This document shows positions 20,702 to 24,052 of a DNA stretch of 24,052 bases, piece by piece. The stretch is from Zygophlyctis sp. KS116 (lineage: Eukaryota > Fungi > Chytridiomycota). Location of the stretch: NCBI GenBank assembly GCA_054661495.1, contig BAAFSQ010000150.1, positions 1 through 24,052 on the forward strand, given 5' to 3'. Under the pieces are notes generated by a model, which ran no database searches, was not told the origin of the DNA, and was given only the letters and a program-made list of their open reading frames with translations. The position numbers and the translations under genes are program-made. Position 1 is the stretch's first letter. Each line of letters starts with the position of its first letter.

Positions 20702-20722
20702 AAAGAATATAATAGATTTATT

Positions 20723-23700
20723 CTATTTTTTACGTTGATGAGGAGGAACCCATTTTCCATCTGGCTTGGATTCTCCAGAAGAGCTGTTTTCTTTTGGTTT
20801 GGTAATAGCAGAGTATGGGGTCGATGCAGCAACTTCACGAGGCGGAGCATATTTTCCTCGAACTTTGGAATCCGTCGCTAGAGGAGGGGCGGCAGATGAT
20901 ACAACTTCTCTTCGAGGAACATATTTTCCAGCTGAAATTTGTGGGGAAGATACAGCGGCATCACGAGGTGGGACATACTGGCCATTAGAATCTTCAACTC
21001 TTGGAGCGATAGTAGCTGATGCGCTTATCCTGCCACTTGGACGCCATGCTTTATTTTTTTCTTCCATGAGGCGATCTTTTTCTAGTTGTGCAGATTCATC
21101 ATCCTTCTGTGATTTCAAACTTAATAGTCTTTCCTCTTCTTCTCTTGCCTTTTCTAATATGTTAGTTTCAAAGAGCAATTACTCTCTTTTTCTAAATTTC
21201 TAGCGGCCTCCTCCTCCTCTTTCTTCTCCCGCTCCGCAAGCAAAATCTTATGCTCTTCTCTGCGCTTCTTCTTTGCTTCTTCCATGTTAATGTCCATTTG
21301 AGCTTTCTTGATTTTGAATTCCTCTTCTCTTTTTTTCATTATATTTTTCTTATAAGATAGATAATCGTCATGCATAACCTTGAGTCGGCTCTTGATCTCC
21401 ATATCTTTTTCGTACTGCAATTTTGAAGCTTTTAAATCAGCTTTGCACTTGGCTTCGTAGGTTTCTTTATCCAGTTTCTGCTGATTTTTATAATCCTCGA
21501 TCAGATGAATTATTTCCGATTTTCTATTAGCCCTTTCAAGGTGGTCATTTTTCTTGATCAGCATCTTGGATTTAAGTTGCAAATCTTTGCGTTCCTTTTC
21601 TAGCTGTTGGAATTGAAGCGCTTTCAATTTATCAGTATCAAGACTTTCGAGCTCCTTTTCGAATAAATAATCTAAATCATACCTCTTTGTTCACCTTAAT
21701 ATTTTTATCCATTAATTCTTGCGCCAATTTTTCGGCTAGCTTCATAGCTTCAGCCTTTTCAATATCCTTTCGTTGTTGAATCATCCTTTCGTTTTCACGG
21801 CGCTTGGTTTCTTCTTCCAGTCTGATTCGCTCAGCTTCGAGATCTTTTTGGAGTTTAAGGCTGCGAACTAAGTGTTCCTCTCGCTCCTAGATAATTAAAA
21901 ATATCAATCCTAAATACCTTTAATGAGGCTTCCATTTCCCGAAGCTGTTTCTTTTTATCAATCAGAAGCAATCGAGTGGCCGCAGAAGCTTGCTCTTTTT
22001 TTAAGTCAATGGATTGGCATTTGACCTTACTGACTGGTTCTCTTTTATCTGAACTATAAGCCAAAACATCTGAAAGATTTCCCGACAATGATCTTATGTA
22101 TGATACTATAGAATTCAGCGCCTTTTTCTTAGAGGTTATATTTAAATTTATGGATACCTTGCATGTGCCATTATAATTTTCCAGTTCTGAAAATTCATTG
22201 CAGAAAGTAAGCGACTTATCCAAGTGATTGATTCTTATATTAAACTCCCGTTTCTGGCAGCCCTTTAATATAAATTTCTGGATACGAAATGAATCATAAT
22301 CATATGGCTTAGGAAATGATGCTAACTTAACTACAAAATCTAGACTTAATGTTGCATAAACTTGGGAAAGCTAATTCTTAATTCATCAAAAACTTACTTG
22401 ATGAAGAAGTCTCGTCAAGACAACATTGTGCAAGGGCTTGACATATTTTTCAAACTCTTCTTTTGTAGCTAAAAACTCTAGAATGGGTGCAATCTTTTGA
22501 CAAATCAGCAAGGGGTGAAAATCAACCTCCAAGATTTTCACAAGATTTTTCAGCTCTGGATATACTCTTGAAAAAATATTGCTTCCAAGCTAAAAATTTA
22601 GAGACTTAAACATACAGCTTCTCTCATTAATTGCTCTCTTGTTGGCACTTTTTCCGCTCGAAGCAAATTAATAAATCGTCTATCTCTTCCTTTATCAACT
22701 TGATACACAAATGGGTTATCACTAGGAGTTTTGCCCATTCCTAATGGTATTGCCAAAGCGGATATCAATACCAAAGAAGCCATCTTTTCTAATTCCTGGG
22801 CTGATAAATTCTTATTTGTCTGAACAGTTTCATAATATTTATTCCAAGCAGCAGCATGAAATAGATAATTTTCTCCTACCATAAAAGTTCTGGCCAAATT
22901 CTCATAGTAACTAGCCATCATAAAAGGTTTTGAAGGACGATTAGATGCAGAAAGAAGAGATTGAATATCCTCTGTAGTTCTAAATGCTTCCTGCCAAAGC
23001 TCAAGCTGTGTAGCTGCATTTAATTGTACAAAACGCATATCTAAATATCTCTGCAATGTTTCCAAATCATTTAAATTGATTCCAAAGCTCTGATTAGAAT
23101 ATTTACTTGCATTTGCTAAATGCTGCCTTAACAATTCACACAATCTTTTAAATTCCGTCTTTCTACCATATTGTAAACAAAACCCAAAAGCTTCAATACC
23201 AATTTGCTAAATTTATCAAATTTCAAGAAATATACCTGATAAAGAACTTCTAATCTAGCATTATTTCTTAATGTATCCAAAGCGATCCTATATGTTTCCC
23301 ATAAAAACTTGACCCATGGAGTAACCACTTCCTTATCTTTTCTTTCCTTGTATTCTGCTGAAACTGTAGATAACATTAGTGATTCTGGTGTTTCTAGGGC
23401 TTCTAAATCCTCCACTGTATCTAAATTAATCGCATCAACTATATTCTGCGCCTCTTTTACTTTTTTAGCCGCATCATTTATCAGTTTCTTTATGACTGTT
23501 TCCAATGTATTAACAGATACATTAAGCATGATATTTTTATAGAGATGCAATCCTTCCTTGATCATTTTTCCCTTTTGCAAGTTTACTCCCAGCGATACAA
23601 ATTTAAGCATGATCGGCTCTAATATTGCAAGTGGAGCAGAACGATGTCTTCTTGATGAAATGATATCTTGTAAAAGATTAAAAGCAGCAGCCGGTTGCCC

Positions 23701-23782
23701 CACTGCAATCAATTCTAAATATTAACATTAATGCATTACCATCTGCTCTCTTGAGTGCATTTTCTGGCTTTTGGTACATCAT
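20723..23782 (-). CDS. TIF32: Eukaryotic translation initiation factor 3 subunit A
   Basis: KPENALKRADELIAVGQ, VTPWVKFLWETYR, LRNNARLEVLYQ, RKTEFKRLCELLRQHL, LELWQEAFRTTEDI, LEVDFHPLLIC, DHLERANRKSEI. Eight introns of 25-31 nt. Confidence 0.95.
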
Positions 23783-23852
23783 TTTAAACAAGATTAAAAA
23801 ATGGAGCCAAAGTAGGTTGAGCAGTGGCGCTTCCTTCCTAGACTTGACCTTA

Positions 23853-23946
23853 TTGAATCCATAGCCTTCCCATACAAAGTAAACACCTACGACCAATCTT
23901 AGTCAAGGTTGAATCCATAGCCTTCCCATACAAAGTAAACACCTAC
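23853..23946 (+). repeat. Perfect 38-bp direct repeat (2 copies, 18-bp spacer) in the eIF3a-urease intergenic region
   Basis: TTGAATCCATAGCCTTCCCATACAAAGTAAACACCTAC at 23853-23890 and 23909-23946. Confidence 0.9.
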
Positions 23947-23979
23947 TAACCAACGCTGTGGACATTTGCTATAGTCAAG

Positions 23980-24052
23980 ATGCTCCCTAGAGAATTGGAT
24001 AAATTGGCGATTTCACAAGTTGGGGGCATTGCACAGGAGAGACTGGCGAGAG
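23980..24052 (+). CDS. URE1: Urease, N-terminal 24 codons (continues beyond the window)
   Basis: ATG at 23980 gives MLPRELDKLAISQVGGIAQERLAR, matching the gamma-domain start of eukaryotic single-chain ureases (PRExDKL...AQxRLARG). Too short for the ORF track. Confidence 0.85.
   Translation, partial: MLPRELDKLAISQVGGIAQERLAR

Noticed and set aside
23853-23946. 38-bp repeat pair as a CRISPR array
   Set aside because: Only two copies, an 18-bp spacer, no palindromic repeat, no cas genes, and a eukaryotic context.

Overview
This is AT-rich eukaryotic DNA, most likely from a zoosporic (chytrid-like) fungus: it has fungal-type housekeeping genes plus axonemal genes (CFAP161, CFAP119). By manual splicing I reconstruct 16 complete protein-coding genes and the first 24 codons of a 17th. 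In order: PPP1R36-like(+), ureG(-), eRF3/SUP35(+), WD40 protein(-), CFAP161(-), CFAP119(-), m-AAA protease AFG3/YTA12(-), unknown beta-propeller-like protein(-), YqeH/NOA1/Gep3-type GTPase(-), NOT3/5(+), mitochondrial bL12(+), Rho-GDI(-), Cdt1(+), PKA regulatory subunit(-), Arp1(+), eIF3a(-), urease(+, truncated by the window). The ORF track is fragmented because the genes carry about 78 spliceosomal introns, all 25-34 nt by my hand count, with an apparent hard floor at 25 nt. One ureG intron can only be reconciled with the conserved protein as GT...TG. Intergenic space is almost absent: divergent start codons lie 22-23 bp apart, and convergent stop codons overlap or are 3-4 bp apart. Other signals include a tandem SCB/E2F-like array before Cdt1 and a 9-bp motif shared by the ureG and urease upstream regions. 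All gene models and family calls come from reading the sequence and recalling motifs; no database search or transcript data was available.
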